Source of the DNA: Octopus bimaculoides
Taxonomy: Eukaryota
DNA: 45,088 nucleotides
NCBI RefSeq assembly: GCF_001194135.2
Contig: NC_068982.1
Location: 103,284,520-103,329,607 of the forward strand
Reading direction: 5' to 3'
The notes beneath the pieces were generated by a model. It was not told where the DNA came from. It saw only the letters and a program-made list of their open reading frames with translations, and searched no databases. Positions 1 to 12,026 of this stretch are shown here, piece by piece; positions within the stretch are counted from its first letter, which is position 1; every line of letters starts with the position of its first letter. Both the position numbers and the translations under genes were made by a program.

Positions 1-42
<42 letters not shown>
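1..42. repeat. (TA)n microsatellite
   Basis: Perfect TA dinucleotide run at the window start. Confidence 0.99.
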
Positions 43-46
<4 letters not shown>

Positions 47-66
47 ATTTAGGAACCAATGATATA

Positions 67-272
67 AGGTGAGCTGGCAGAATCATTAGCATGCAGGACA
101 AAATGCTGAGCAATATTCTGTACATCTTTTATGTCCTAAGTTCAAATACCACTGTAGTCAACATGACCTTTCATCCTTTCAGGGTCAATAAAATAGGTAC
201 TAGTTGAGTACCAGGGTCAATGATCACCTTCTCTAAAATTTCAGGCTTTGAGCCTATAGTAGAAAGCATAAT
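67..272 (+). mobile_element. tRNA-derived SINE, family B (CpG-decayed copy)
   Basis: A-box-like TGGCAGAATC, B-box-like AAGTTCAAAT, body CCTTTCATCCTTTCAGGGTCAATAAA, tail GCCTATAGTAGAAAG. More than 10 homologous copies in this window. Confidence 0.85.
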
Positions 273-1010
273 TCGTAAATGTTGAAGTGGTTTAGATGGG
301 TCAAAAGAATATCTTGTTACAAGACCTTTTGCTTCAACAATTCATGTACAAAGTATAGATGCATGAAAAGAAAATAATCTCATTTATCCAACATAAATGA
401 ATAAATGAATGCCAAAACTATTAAGTATATGTGTAGGTGTATGAATGCATATGTGCATGCTTCTGAACAGGTGAACATGTCATGTGGAAACTGTTACACC
501 TAATTCTTCCACCTTTCTGAATGTATCACATATACACTAATTTATTTTTGCAAGCCTTATCTATTCTTTGCATTCTCATGCATCATTATTATTGTCCTGT
601 TTCTAGTCATGCATGACATTTCCTCACTCTCAACTTACAGGCAACACTATAGCCCAGTTTGTTTAGTTTGTGTCACACTAAATATACAATAATCTAAATA
701 AAAAAATTTTTTCTTACAAATTTTTAAGTATATAAAGAAGAATATAATAGACAGGTAATAGAGGTGGGAGTATTAGCATGGGGATGTATGTGTGTCTTTG
801 TGTCACTGCAGTTAATCAGTAGGTGGAGTGAGGTTCAGCTATGAATATGGCATATAATCAATGGTAAAACAAGTTTGATATGTAGTTACTAAAGTAGTTA
901 TTATTGTTGCAGTAGTTGTTTATTGTCAAATCAATTCTGATTGAGCAAACCTAATACTATTTAAAAATATCCAAATTGTAATGATAATAGAATTTCGAAC
1001 TGAAAATCTG

Positions 1011-2520
1011 TCAATGTTGAAGCACCCCAGGGCAAACAATAATCATGGTGTAATTTTGTGTCGGTGTCGAAATGAATACATTGTTGCTGCTTCCAACTTG
1101 CAAGCAAGCCACATAGAGCTGGCTGTGGGACAAGCATGTAGTAGAGAGATCAAGTCCAACAATCTTGAGGGATTGACCCTGAGATTTGTTAACTGAAATA
1201 CCAAAACTTAGTTTGACTGGAAACTGAAGCATCTTAAATTCAAATGGAATATTAGTAGGTTTGAGATGAATTTTTGGAATAAAGACATTTTCTCCTTTGT
1301 GACTACCTATTATGATTGTTGCTTGTAGGACATGGTGCTTCATGGAAGTAACAATTAAGTGACTTCCATTACACAGGTGAGATGGGTCAAGATTCCGAAA
1401 TAACATAATGGAAGCACCTAGTTTTAGTGCCAAGTTATGTGGTGGCATTCCAGTAGGTTTAAGTGTGTTCAGAGATTCAACAAGGTATTGAACAACCTGA
1501 TCTTGATCAACTGTTGTCAATTGATCAAAAAGCCATTTCTGATGTATCTGTTAACTTTTGAAGAAGTTCATGATTGAGTTTATCAACCATTTCATTAGTT
1601 GGAGCCAGTATAGCTCTTTCACACAGCCAGTTTACATCAGTATAATTGACAGATAAATTAGAAAATACTTTATCCATAAGATCCCTAAGAGAAAGTATCA
1701 TATGATTGCATGTAATTTCATGTAGTTGAAGTCTTGAGTTGAATGTTAATATCCCATTACCAATCTTAAGAAGCTCGTATGATCACCTTGTAGAAGTACT
1801 CTCATGTTGCTTGTAAGATGAAGTTTTTTCAAATGTCTGCAATGGTACGATTTTTGTAAGCATGCATTGACCTCATCAGCATTTGACCCTTTGGGAATAA
1901 CTGGCAACTCTTGATGAAAATCTCCTGCAAGAAGAACTGTTACTTCTCCCATGAGCATGCTATTGTTTTTTTTATGTCTTGGAGGGTACAGTCAAGTACC
2001 TCTAGAGCTCCATGATGTGACATAGTGCACTCATCCCAAACAATGAGGCAAGTTTGTTGGAGAACTGTTGCCATTGCAGAGTTTTGGGAAATGTTGCACA
2101 TCTGAGATTCTTTATTGCAAGGTTCAGAGGGAGCTTGAGCATGGAATGAGCAGTTTTCTCCCACTGAGGAGGGTAGCTGCAATACCAGAAGATGCAACAC
2201 TGGAAGAAGGACTGCAGGTGAAAGTAGCAAAAAGATCTGATTTTCCGTACGTCTCGATATATGTTATAGCATCTTGTATTCATTTGTACATATAACAAGG
2301 ACCATCTGTGAATGTAATGGGAGGATTAAAAGTTGCCCCATGTTTTGAATATCACTATCTGTCCTCAGAGCATCTAGGAAATGAACATAATTTTTAGCCC
2401 CTAACTTTTTGGATTGTTTCAAATGTAGAGGAGATGCTTACTCTCAACTTTAGCATACATATCAACCAGATATTGCCGAAATAGATCACGATACATGTGT
2501 AATTGATTTGATTGTTCTGG
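1011..2520 (-). mobile_element. Helitron Rep/PIF1-helicase remnant (frameshifts, stops, large internal deletion)
   Basis: Minus-strand translations: LFRQYLVDMYAKVES, then QDAITYIETYGKSDLFATFTCSP (Rep N-terminal region and motif 1), then VASSGIAATLL..TAHS, IVWDECTM, LLAGDFHQELPVI, RAILAPTN, MPPHNLALKLGASIMLFRNL, FPVKLSFGISVNKSQGQSL, HSQLYVA (PIF1 helicase motifs). Confidence 0.95.
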
Positions 2521-3283
2521 TCTCTTTAGATGTGTGAGTGTGTGTGTGTGTGTGTGCATGTGTGTGCATGTGCATGTGTGTGTGTGTGTCATCACAAAAA
2601 TGTATGTATATTCACACACATATATACTCACACACATATACTTCTCAGTCATTGGCCTAAAATGTGTAATGAATGCGCAAACACACACACACACTCATGT
2701 AGAAAATGTCATGTTGTCATTGTGGTATAAAATGTTGTTTGCAATAGCTGACTTATAGAAAGATCATAATGTTAAATTTTTGTAATGCAAATATATAAAT
2801 GAAAATAAAGTTTATTTGGTAGCCGAAAGATTAATCTTTTGATACCCCATATGTCACATACATATACTAATATATGTTTTTAATACATATACTAAGACAG
2901 ACGCAGAGAAACATACATTCACGCACACCTCAGGTGTATCTCTGTCCCTCTGTATGTCTCTCTCTCTCTTTAGATATATGTGTGTGTGTGTGTGTGTGTG
3001 TGTCAGTCGTCACAAAAATGTATGTATACATCGTCAAACTCACACACATATACTTCTTAGTCATCAGCTTAAAGTATGTAATGAATGCACAAACACACAC
3101 ATTCAGAGACACATACAAAACTCATATAGAAAATGTGATATTGTCAATGTGGTATAAAATGTTGTTCACGATAGTTGACTAAAAGAAAGATTATAATGTT
3201 AAATTTTTGTAATACAAATATGTAAATGAAAATAAAGCTTATTTGGTAACTAAAAGATTACAGAACCTTTTGATACCCCATAT
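2521..3283. repeat. Diverged ~330-bp direct duplication (about 2521-2851 and 2964-3283), each unit with (TG)n/(CA)n tracts
   Basis: Shared blocks TCTCTTTAGAT, TCACAAAAATGTATGTATA, TGTGGTATAAAATGTTGTT, ATAATGTTAAATTTTTGTAAT, TTTTGATACCCCATAT in the same order. Confidence 0.9.
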
Positions 3284-3360
3284 TTCAAAATCGGCAACTA
3301 AGTTTTCGAATGCATAAGGAACATATGCACACACACACACACAAATTCTGCTTCATATTC

Positions 3361-3570
3361 TTTTATTCTTTTACTTGTTTCAGTCATTTGACTGCAGCCA
3401 TGCTAGAGCCCCACCTTTAGTCGAACAAATCGACCCCAGGACTTATTCTTTGTAAGCCTAGTACTTATTCTATTGGTCTCTTTTGCTGAACTGCTAAGTT
3501 ATGGTGAGATAAGCACACCATCATCAGTTGTCAAGTGATGGTAAGGAGACAAATACAAACACAAAAATGC
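3361..3570 (-). mobile_element. tRNA-derived SINE family A, 3' half
   Basis: Reverse complement ends GCATGGCTGCAGTCAAATGACTGAAACAAGTAAAAGAATA; homologous to 11715-11930 and 38928-39100. Confidence 0.85.
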
Positions 3571-4049
3571 ATACATATGAATAAATATATAATCACTGCC
3601 AGCCGGTGTAGCACAAATTTTCAAATCAGACATGAACTTGGTACTCAAGATTTACAGACCTATCAAACCTAACAACTGAGCTAATTGTTTAGCAATTTAG
3701 ATTATGTTAATTTCTGCATTGCCATAATTGAGTGTAATTATTTTTAGGTCATCTACTATGACATATCTCAAGCCGCCTGACCAATAGAAACTATTATATT
3801 TCAATTAGGATACAAATTCTTGAAGAATGTTAATTAGTTTATCAATGTTTTATGCGCAATGACTTTAGAGGGTTTGAAGTTATCTGTTTGTTTCTAATCT
3901 CACAGAGATTAAACATGTATGATTTACTACTACAAGTATCACCACCACTACCACTAGTACTACTGCTATGAGGATGCTGTATGACCAAATGGTTAACTCT
4001 TTTATTATCATATTTTTGTTGAAAAACACTGCCATTACGTCAATTTTTC

Positions 4050-4258
4050 AGGCAGTGAGCTGGTTAAATCATTAACATGCTGGACAAAATACCAAGCAGC
4101 ATTTTGTCTGCCTTTACATTCTAATTCAAACGTCACTGAGGTTGACTTTGCTTTTCATCCTTTCAGGGCCAATGAAATAAGTACCAGTTGAACATTGAGG
4201 TCAACTAGCCCCTACCTGATAAAATATCAGGCCTTGTGCCTATAGTAAAAAGGATTAT
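4050..4258 (+). mobile_element. SINE family B
   Basis: GTTGACTTTGCTTTTCATCCTTTCAGGG...AAGTACCAGTTG...CAGGCCTTGTGCCTATAGTA, collinear with 67-272. Confidence 0.85.
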
Positions 4259-4376
4259 GTCAATTAAGTTTGAAAATAAGGAAGAGTTTAGTAAAATAGC
4301 ATCATGATTAGCTGGTGTTGGGAATGTAAATCACAATGAAATTTTGATTGAAGGTTTTAATTTAGATCACTTAAAT

Positions 4377-5378
4377 CAGGGGTTGCCAAACTTTTTCAAC
4401 CATTGACCACCCCCTTTAGCCACTTCTTCTTCCGCACCAACCACCCTCCTCATTTAAAATATCTTAATACCCTACCCTACTGTACCATAATGATGGCAAT
4501 TAATATGTTAGCTAAAATATATATGTACGACAAATTAAGAAATTCTATTGAAGATGACACACTTTTTTACGTTTAAAACTACGTGTACCAGTATACAGTA
4601 TTAAACTTTCAATTTTTATGAAACTGTTTTCATGGTTAGAAAATGTGAAAAGCACATCATATTACTGGAATATCTTTTATTGAAACTGACAACATCAATG
4701 TGAGGGATGAGCATGGTGATCCTGAATCTAGGCATTGATATCAGGCTGAATGTTGGTCATTTTCAGTCTCAAATCACTTCGTTCCTCCAGGTTCAGGCAA
4801 TTTCTCTGTTTGCTGAGGATTGCATTTGCACGGCTGAAGCCAGTTTCCACCATGTAAGAGCTGAGAAATGCCACAAGGAATGGCTCAGCTGCTGATCTCA
4901 AAAAAGTTTTCATCACAATATTGAAACTGAAATCAGACAGTTCACTGATAGAGAGACAACCATAGCATAAAGGACAGCATAGCATTCAAGTGATCAACAT
5001 TCCTGCTTCACAAATCCAACACCTACAATGACTTACTAACAAAAACATTTATGAGATATATATTTAATATCTTATCTCTCCTAGCAGGCCTAGTCATTTC
5101 CATAAGCAAACACTTGACAGTCCGCATCCCCTCAATCACGCCTCTCAATCTTCAATTACAATACAGATTACAACATCAGGTCTCAAACGTTAGCAACAGC
5201 AGACTTCTCGCTGCAGTAAAAATTTATCATGCTTTCCTACATTTCATGGCGCTAAGTATTTCAAGCAGTTCATCTGGGTGAGCTGGTTTTTTGGAGACCA
5301 ACCCCTTGGCTATCATTGACCCCTGTAATTCCTCGCCAAACTCTAGGGAGTTCCTCGGACCCCCTTTGGTGACCCCTG
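4377..5378 (-). mobile_element. hAT (Charlie/Buster-like) internal-deletion derivative retaining the transposase C-terminus
   Basis: TIRs CAGGGGTTGCCAAA (4377) and TTTGGTGACCCCTG (ends 5378). 8-bp flanks ACTTAAAT/CTTTAAAT (6/8 match). Minus strand 4695-4890 encodes FLVAFLSSYMVETGFSRANAILSKQRNCLNLEERSDLRLKMTNIQPDINA*IQDHHAHPSH*, a typical hAT dimerisation-region C-terminus. Confidence 0.85.
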
Positions 5379-5439
5379 CTTTAAATCATGAAATTGGTAC
5401 CATAGAACCAGGGGCAGTTTTGGGCAGGTTGTTATCAAA

Positions 5440-5600
5440 TGAGTTAAGAAGTTTACTTCATAACCATGAAGTTCCAGGTTAGATTCTACTTGGTGGCATC
5501 TTGAGCAAGTTTCTTTTACTCTGGCTTCAGCTAGACTCAAGTTTTGGGTAGAAGAAAATTGAGTGGAATCCATTTGAATGGATTGATCCTGTAATTTAAG
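5440..5600 (+). mobile_element. SINE family A, decayed 5' part
   Basis: AACCATGAAGTTCCAGGTTAGATTC...GGCATCTTGAGCAAGT matches the reverse complement of the head at 39180-39278. Confidence 0.6.
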
Positions 5601-6204
5601 GTCTGGATTTGTCATGTGTCACATTGATCCTGCTTGAGTATTACCTTCAGAACATATGCGTCTGTAGAATGACCAACCACTTATCTGTTAATTCAATGTG
5701 CAAAAAGTACAGTTGGTTGAACAATGAAAATAATCAAAAATGATGAAGATCCATTTATTGTTGTTAGTTGTAATAGTGCAATGCAATAACAAGAGTTAGA
5801 ACGCTGGACTAAATACATAGAGGTGTTTACAAAATAAATCACTGAAGGGAAATTACTCAGCAACACCAACCATTAAGTTGCGTTAACATATTTTAATACA
5901 GCGAGCATAGAAAATAGTTAATAATGATTATCATGCATAAGCAGATAGTGTCACCATCATCATTTAGCATCCACTTCTCCAAGCTTGCATGGGTCAGCTG
6001 GAATTTAACGAAGTGGATTTTCTACAGTCAGATATCCTTCCGGTTATAATATTATTTAATGCTAAACTGCTCACTTACATAACTAAAGGAGTTTTATTCA
6101 ACTTTGAAAGATTATAGTATTAACATATCCTTATTATGTTCATGCTTCCTTTTGATCATCTTATTAAATCTCTGTCACTGTATTTCATATTGCCAGTGAG
6201 ATAA

Positions 6205-6825
6205 GCTAGAGATAGCTTCCGTTATCTAGGTGACCAAGCCATTAGTGGAAGTGGATCCTCTGAGAGCATAGCTGTGAGAATAAGAATAGGCTGGGAAAAG
6301 TTCAGAGAGCCCCTACCATTGCTGGCAACAAAAGGCCTCTCTCTCAGGGTGAAAGGCAGATTGTATGATGCCTGTGTGCAAACAGCTATGCTACATGACA
6401 GTGAAACATGGGCTATGACAGCCAAGGACAGCTGTGTAAAGAAGTGCCGATCTCTAACTGTGGAGGGAACTTATGGTAGAGGTAGACCCAGGAAGACATG
6501 GGACAAGGTGGTGAAGCATGATCTTCGAACTTTGGGCCTCACAGAGGCAATGACTAGTGACCGAGACCTTTGGTGATATTCTGTGCTTGAGAAGATTTGA
6601 CAAGCCAGGTGAAGTAGAAACCTTTGACATTATATTGTGCTTGAGAAGAAGACCTATCAAGCCAAGTAAAATCATAGTTGTAGCAACTACTGATGTCACG
6701 CAAATGGCACCCATGCTGGTGGCACACAAAAGCACCCATTACACTCTCAGAGTGGTTGCTGTTGGGAAGGGCATCCAGCATAGAAACCATGCCAAATCAG
6801 CCTGGAGTCTGGTGCAGCCTTCCAG
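6205..6825 (+). mobile_element. RTE-clade LINE 3' fragment (ORF C-terminus plus 3' UTR)
   Basis: DSFRYLGD..RIRIGWEKFREPLPLLATKGLSLRVKGRLYDACVQTAMLHDSETW...GRGRPRKTWDKVVKHDL; 3' UTR AAGGGCATCCAGCATAGAAACCATGCCAAA shared with 23440-23480. Confidence 0.92.
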
Positions 6826-6905
6826 CACTTGCTCAATGTGCCATGCAGCAGGAATGAACCCAGACAAATGTGGTTGGGAAATAAGCTTCTTACCACACAG
6901 TCACA
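6826..6905 (-). mobile_element. SINE family A head fragment
   Basis: CACTTGCTCAATGTGCCATGCAG...GTGGTTGGGAAATAAGCTTCTTACCACACAG. Confidence 0.75.
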
Positions 6906-7209
6906 TATATTGTCAAGAAATATATTACTGGTTATGGCATATAGGCCTGGCCGGAATATTACTGTTCATTTTAAGCTGACTATTGCACTTGGCAATATTG
7001 ATCACACACACACACATAATGAATTTGTGAGCAATAGTGTCATTAGTTATAGGTTTCCAATGAACCGATCAATGGTCCATTACATTTGGTGATGTCTGTA
7101 CAATTCAGGATAAATATCAGAAAGTATTTTTTGTTCAATGCACTGATTTATTGACAATTTGTTACTGATGTGTATATCATTTATTGATATACACACATAT
7201 GGATACAAT

Positions 7210-7365
7210 GAGCTTCTACATAATTTTTAACTACCAAATTCCACTCAAAAGGCATTGGTAAGTACAAGACTATGGTATGAGGCACTTTTCCATGTCACTT
7301 TATACTGAGGCTGAGCCCAGAACAACACAGTTGCAAAACAAACTTCTTAACCACACAGCTATGCT
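7210..7365 (-). mobile_element. SINE family A 5' half, decayed
   Basis: CCAAATTCCACTCAAAAGGCATTGG...AACTTCTTAACCACACAGC. Confidence 0.7.
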
Positions 7366-7592
7366 TTCACCTAGGTATTTACTTTATTGGCAATCAAGAT
7401 GTCATACTAAACTTGATTCTCAAAATAATTTACTTTATTCATTATATAAGGAGAGCATAAATGACCAAATTAATAGCGTACGAACAACCAACCAAAAAGT
7501 TAGTAATTTGTATCTTGTCGCAGCCATTGCCATGACACTTAGCATTTAACAGCAGAGTTCGTTTATCTCATAGTAAATACAGCAAAGTAATA

Positions 7593-8670
7593 TATTGGGT
7601 CACCCCATAAATAATGCAGTTTTCTTATACTTCCTTTTATTTTTCAAAATTAAGATAAACAAAGTTATTTTTAAATCTAAAATATACTCTCCTTCATTTT
7701 CTACAATGTTCTTCCATCTATCTGGTAGACTTGCAAGGCCCCTCTTCCAAAATTCATTTGTCGGTGATGAAAAATACTCCTCCAGTACTGTTCTGACCTT
7801 GTCTACAGAATTCATATTTTTTCTGTCCAAATGATTCTGAAGACTGCAGAATAAATGATAATCAAATGGGGCAATGTCTGGCAAATATGGTGGGTGGGGT
7901 ATCATTTCCCATTTAAACTGCTCCAGCCTTTGGAATGTCATCCTTGCTGTATGTAGTCAAGCATTATCCTGATGGAAGAACACCTTTCATCTTGAAAGCA
8001 AATATGGTCGTTTTTCTTCTAGCGCTGACTTAGGCCATTCAAGCTGCTTGCAGTAGATCTCCTTTGTTATCATTTGGTTTGGGTTTAAAAGTTCAAAGTG
8101 GACTTAACCTTTCATATCCCATCAAACAAATAACAACACCTTATGTGCTTGAATACCTTCTTTAGCTTGGGGTGCCTGTGTTTCTCCTTTTCCCTACCCA
8201 CTGTCTTTGGCACTTGACATTTTTATAGAGAACTCATTTCTTGTCACCAGTCTCTATTCAGCCCAAGAAAGGTTCATTCGTGAGACGTGACAGCAAAGAA
8301 GAGCATACATTCACTCACTGTGTGCGATTAGACTTGGAAAGCTTGTGACTTTCTGATGACACACAGGTGTTGATGAAAGGGTGAATAATCAAATCCAAGC
8401 TTCTCTGCTAGTTCCTCAACAGTTACAATGGGATTTTGTTCCACCAGGGTTTACAGGACATCCTTGTTGAGTGCTACAGATCTTCCAGGACAAGGCTCAT
8501 CTTCTAGGCTGTAGTTTCCAGCTCGGAATTTCTGGAACCATTGTTGACACTGGTTTACACTTATTGTCCAGTCCCCATATACTGCATATATTCCTTGCAC
8601 TTTCTGTTGTTGCTTTATTGATCTCATAACGCAAAATATGCCAAATATGCTCCTTAATGATAACTAAATT
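7593..8670 (-). mobile_element. mariner (D,D34D) transposon remnant
   Basis: Minus strand: WFQKFRAGNYSLEDEP..GR, IETGDKK*VLYKN, FHQDNA, HPPYLPDIAPFDYHLFCSLQNHL, LPDRWKNIVENEGEYILD. TA plus TIR-like TATTGGGTCACCCCATAAATAATGC at 7591-7617. Opposite TIR not found. Confidence 0.93.
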
Positions 8671-9050
8671 CTTTGTTATATCTAAAATTAATTGAAAGAA
8701 ACACAGCAGCTCAACAGAAATATGGTAACAAAAGGGTTAAAAACCAGTCTATTTGATTGTATGGACTATTTAAAATAATTTATCTCCAATTTATTTTTTC
8801 TCTTATAATGGATTGAATCCTAACATTAAAAGAAACAGTGTTTATATGTATAGAAATGTGTGTGTGTGTGAGAGAGAGAGAGCTTTCTGCAGTGTATTAT
8901 GTTAAGGTTGAAACTTTATTTCTAAATAAACACAAGGAATATTGGTGTGACACAACTCTCCTCCAGACTAACATTATATCAACACTCCTATATCAACCAT
9001 GTAACCTGCTCTAAACATGTTAAAGTTTATGCAAATAAAATATACAAATA

Positions 9051-9395
9051 TTAGCTGAGTAGCCTGTTGTTATCAAGTTATTTTCACAATAAAATGCTTG
9101 TATTGCAATTATTTTTTTCCATACCAGACCATGTCTTTCCTGATGGATAGGTCTCTCAATCAGGATATATTTCTGCATTATTTTGTTTTTCCACTTGGTG
9201 CATAGATATAAAGATTTTTCTTGCTTCACACTTTTGAACATTCATTGTTAAGGTGACCATGGGTGAAACAGGGCTCTTCAGGGTGTAAACCGACAACCAA
9301 AAATGTTTGCCCTTGTGATTTGTTGATGGTCATGGTAAAACTAAGACTCACTGGAAATTGAAGTCGTTTGAAATGAAATGGGACAATGTCTCTTG
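9051..9395 (-). mobile_element. Helitron 3' fragment (helicase C-terminus and probable terminus)
   Basis: VPFHFKRLQFPVSLSFTMTINKSQGQTF...CFTHGHL..CSKV*SKKNLYIYAPSGKTKN; degenerate terminal sequence ACAACAGGCTACTCAGCTAA on the minus strand at 9051-9070. Confidence 0.85.
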
Positions 9396-9579
9396 AGTCT
9401 GTGTGATAGAGGCTTTTGTGCACTTTCCATCTAATCAACGCATCCTATGCTCAGGTCTCTTCTGTGTACATGTAATGGAGGCCCATGTTTGCATATCATC
9501 AAGTCTATTCCTTCTCTGTTCTGATATCACCTGAGCTCACCACTGATGCTTTGCAGAGGTCTTTCAACTGTCACCCTGA

Positions 9580-9775
9580 TTTAGGTACAAAGCCAACAGT
9601 TTCAAGCGATGCACTCAGTCAATACTGGTGACCAGTACTTCATTTTATCAAATCCAAAAGGATGAAAGGCAAAATTGACTGTATTAGCATTTGAACTCAG
9701 AATGTAAAGTGCCAGAACAAATATCCAATGCATTTTTACCAACACTCTAGAAATTCTGCCAGTTCACAGCCTTGA
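9580..9775 (-). mobile_element. SINE family B
   Basis: AAGGATGAAAGGCAAAATTGAC...ATTTGAACTCAGAATGTAAAG...AATTCTGCCAGTTC. Confidence 0.8.
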
Positions 9776-10014
9776 GCCTTAATATAATGACTACAGCAAA
9801 ATATTCATAATTTTACAGGTAGTAAGCAGTTTGTTTTTTAACATAAGTTAGAGGAGGAAGGGTAACTCCCATAACTTTTAACAGGGTTTTAATGATACGA
9901 GGGAAGAAGTTATCCTCATAATGGAGGCTTGATTCAAATGTTTGCAACAGGGTGGCTTCTACTAAAGGTATTTCAAAGGTCAAATGGTGGTATTAAACTA
10001 GGTAACAGATTAAG

Positions 10015-10150
10015 TCTATCTGTCAATCAAACTTCACTCACAAACTTGTAGTTGATTCAAAGCTATAGTAGAAAATACTTGCCCAATGTGCTATACAGTG
10101 TGATTGAACCTGAAGCCACATAGCAATAAAGCAAACTACTGAGCCATGCC
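10015..10150 (-). mobile_element. SINE family A 5' half, decayed
   Basis: GCTATAGTAGAAAATACTTGCCCAATGTGC...ATTGAACCTGAAGCCACAT. Confidence 0.7.
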
Positions 10151-11129
10151 TATATCCATCTTAGTCTGACAACCTTTTATCAATAAAGTTAGAAAGTATA
10201 ATCAAGCAAATTATATTATGAAACTAATGAAATAATTCTTTTTTTTTTTTTATTAAATAATGTGAGTCATAGAATGTCATGAGTAAACAACTTGACAGAA
10301 TACATAGGTAAATGAATAAATAAAAGAATAACTTGAGAACTGCTAAATGTTGATTTATTTTGACTAGTTACAAATACCAATTTTTGTAGGGGAAGGTATA
10401 GTTGACTTAGTAAATGTTACAGGTTATTATTTTGTTGACTCAGTGGTCAGGGGAATGAAAGACAAAGTCAATCTCAGTAGAATTTAAATTCAATAGAAAA
10501 AGAAATACATGCAATCCATTGAATGTATAATGTGGATTTATGTGGGACAAAAAAAAAAGGCTTTAGATGATCATTTCATAGTAAAGTAATGTTATTATAC
10601 TCAACATAAGTAAGCAAAAAAAAAAACAAAAAAAACCTGATTCAATTAAAATTACAAACTTAGTCATGAGACTAGTTATTTCATAATTTTTAATTCTGAA
10701 GAGGAAAAAAAGCAGAAATGGCAAGAGGACAAACCTGAAATTTTAATTAATTCTTTCAAATATTGGTACAACATTGATAATTTTAAGAGGAGGGAGTTAG
10801 TCGATTACAGTGACCTCAGTGCTTGACTGAGATTTATTAATAGCGAAAATTATAAAAGCAATGCCACTAAGTATTTTGTTTGATGTGCTAATGATTCTGC
10901 CAGCTTAACGCCTTGAAAATTCTAATTAAAATACATTAAAGAGTGAGTTTGATTTTTAGCAGTACAGTAACAATTCTGCACATGTTTTGGTCTTATTAAG
11001 TCTCATCAGTGAAGAATAACTTAACCATAACTGCTAGATCTTAGAATGACTAAAAAAAAATTGTGTGTGTGTGTGTGTGTGAATTAGCTGATGAATGCAG
11101 GATAAATGATCAGAAGTAATGAGCCTTCT

Positions 11130-11300
11130 TAATATTAGTTTCAAACTTTTGCACAAGTGCAGCAATTTTACGGAAGGGGCTAAGTTGATTACATTGATCC
11201 CAGTGTTCAGCTGGTACTTATTTTATTGACCTCAAAAGGATGAAAGGCAAAGTCAACTTCTGCAGAATTTGAACTCAGAACATGAAGACAAACAAAGTGC
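11130..11300 (-). mobile_element. SINE family B
   Basis: CTGGTACTTATTTTATTGACCTCAAAAGGATGAAAGGCAAAGTCAAC...AATTTGAACTCAGAAC. Confidence 0.85.
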
Positions 11301-11714
11301 TATTAAGAAACTGTCCTTTACAAATCAGACATGATCTTGCAGTACAAGCCCATCCATCTCACACCAGTGTACAAGAGGTGAGAACATTAAAATGAGTGAT
11401 GATAATAATAATTTTATAAGTAGTCAGATGCTCACAACTTGTTTTCAATTATTTCAGAAAAAATATGAGTGTCATAACTTCTTCTTTCAATTCCAATATG
11501 AAATAAGAAAAAAAATTTTTTTGCTCTAATTGTAGATTGAGAAATTGATTTCATAATAACATTTCTAAAATATTACGGAGATGTACTTGCATAGCAAGTG
11601 ATTTGATCTGCGGTCGTGTGCTGAAACAAAAACAATCGCAGTGTGGAAGGTGTTTATAAGCCATTTAAAAACACACAAAAAACCGTTAGATTCACTTCAA
11701 CATTTTTTTTACCT

Positions 11715-11930
11715 TTTACTCGATTTAGTCATAGGACTGTGGTCATGCTGGGGCATCATCCTGAAGGTTTTAGGCAAACAAACTGACCCCAGTACTTATT
11801 TCTAAAGTCAGTAACTAATTCTTTCGGTCTCTCTTTTGCCAAATTGCTAAGTTACAAGGATGTAAACAAACCAGCACAGGTTGTCAAGCGATGGGAGAGG
11901 AACAAACATAAACACTGACACACACACAAA
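11715..11930 (-). mobile_element. SINE family A, 3' half (left flank of the U6 insertion)
   Basis: Collinear with 3361-3570: GGTCATGCTGGGGC...GACCCCAGTACTTATT...GGTTGTCAAGCGATG...ACAAAC, ending in (CA)n. Confidence 0.85.
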
Positions 11931-11932
11931 TT

Positions 11933-11944
11933 GCGGTACATATT

Positions 11945-11977
<33 letters not shown>

Positions 11978-12026
11978 GGCCCCTGCGCAAGGATGACACG
12001 CAAATTCGTGAAGCGTTCCATATTTT
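11933..12026 (+). pseudogene. U6: U6 snRNA copy, 5'-truncated retropseudogene
   Basis: 11938-12026 matches vertebrate U6 nt 18-106 as I recall it at 88/89 (ACAGAGA box 11961-11967, AGC triad, ISL, terminal TATTTT). Only the 3' arm of the 5' stem-loop (GCGGTAC) is present. Upstream sequence is SINE body, with no PSE/TATA. Confidence 0.95.

Noticed and set aside
2419-3182. ORFs rich in CV/HT/YI repeats (also 19628-19837, 20442-20708)
   Set aside because: Translated microsatellites; only the last ~30 codons of 2419-2694 are meaningful (Helitron Rep).
11933-12026. Functional U6 snRNA gene
   Set aside because: The 5' arm of the cap stem-loop is missing, upstream DNA is SINE body with no PSE/TATA, and the U-tract runs into a retrotransposon tail.
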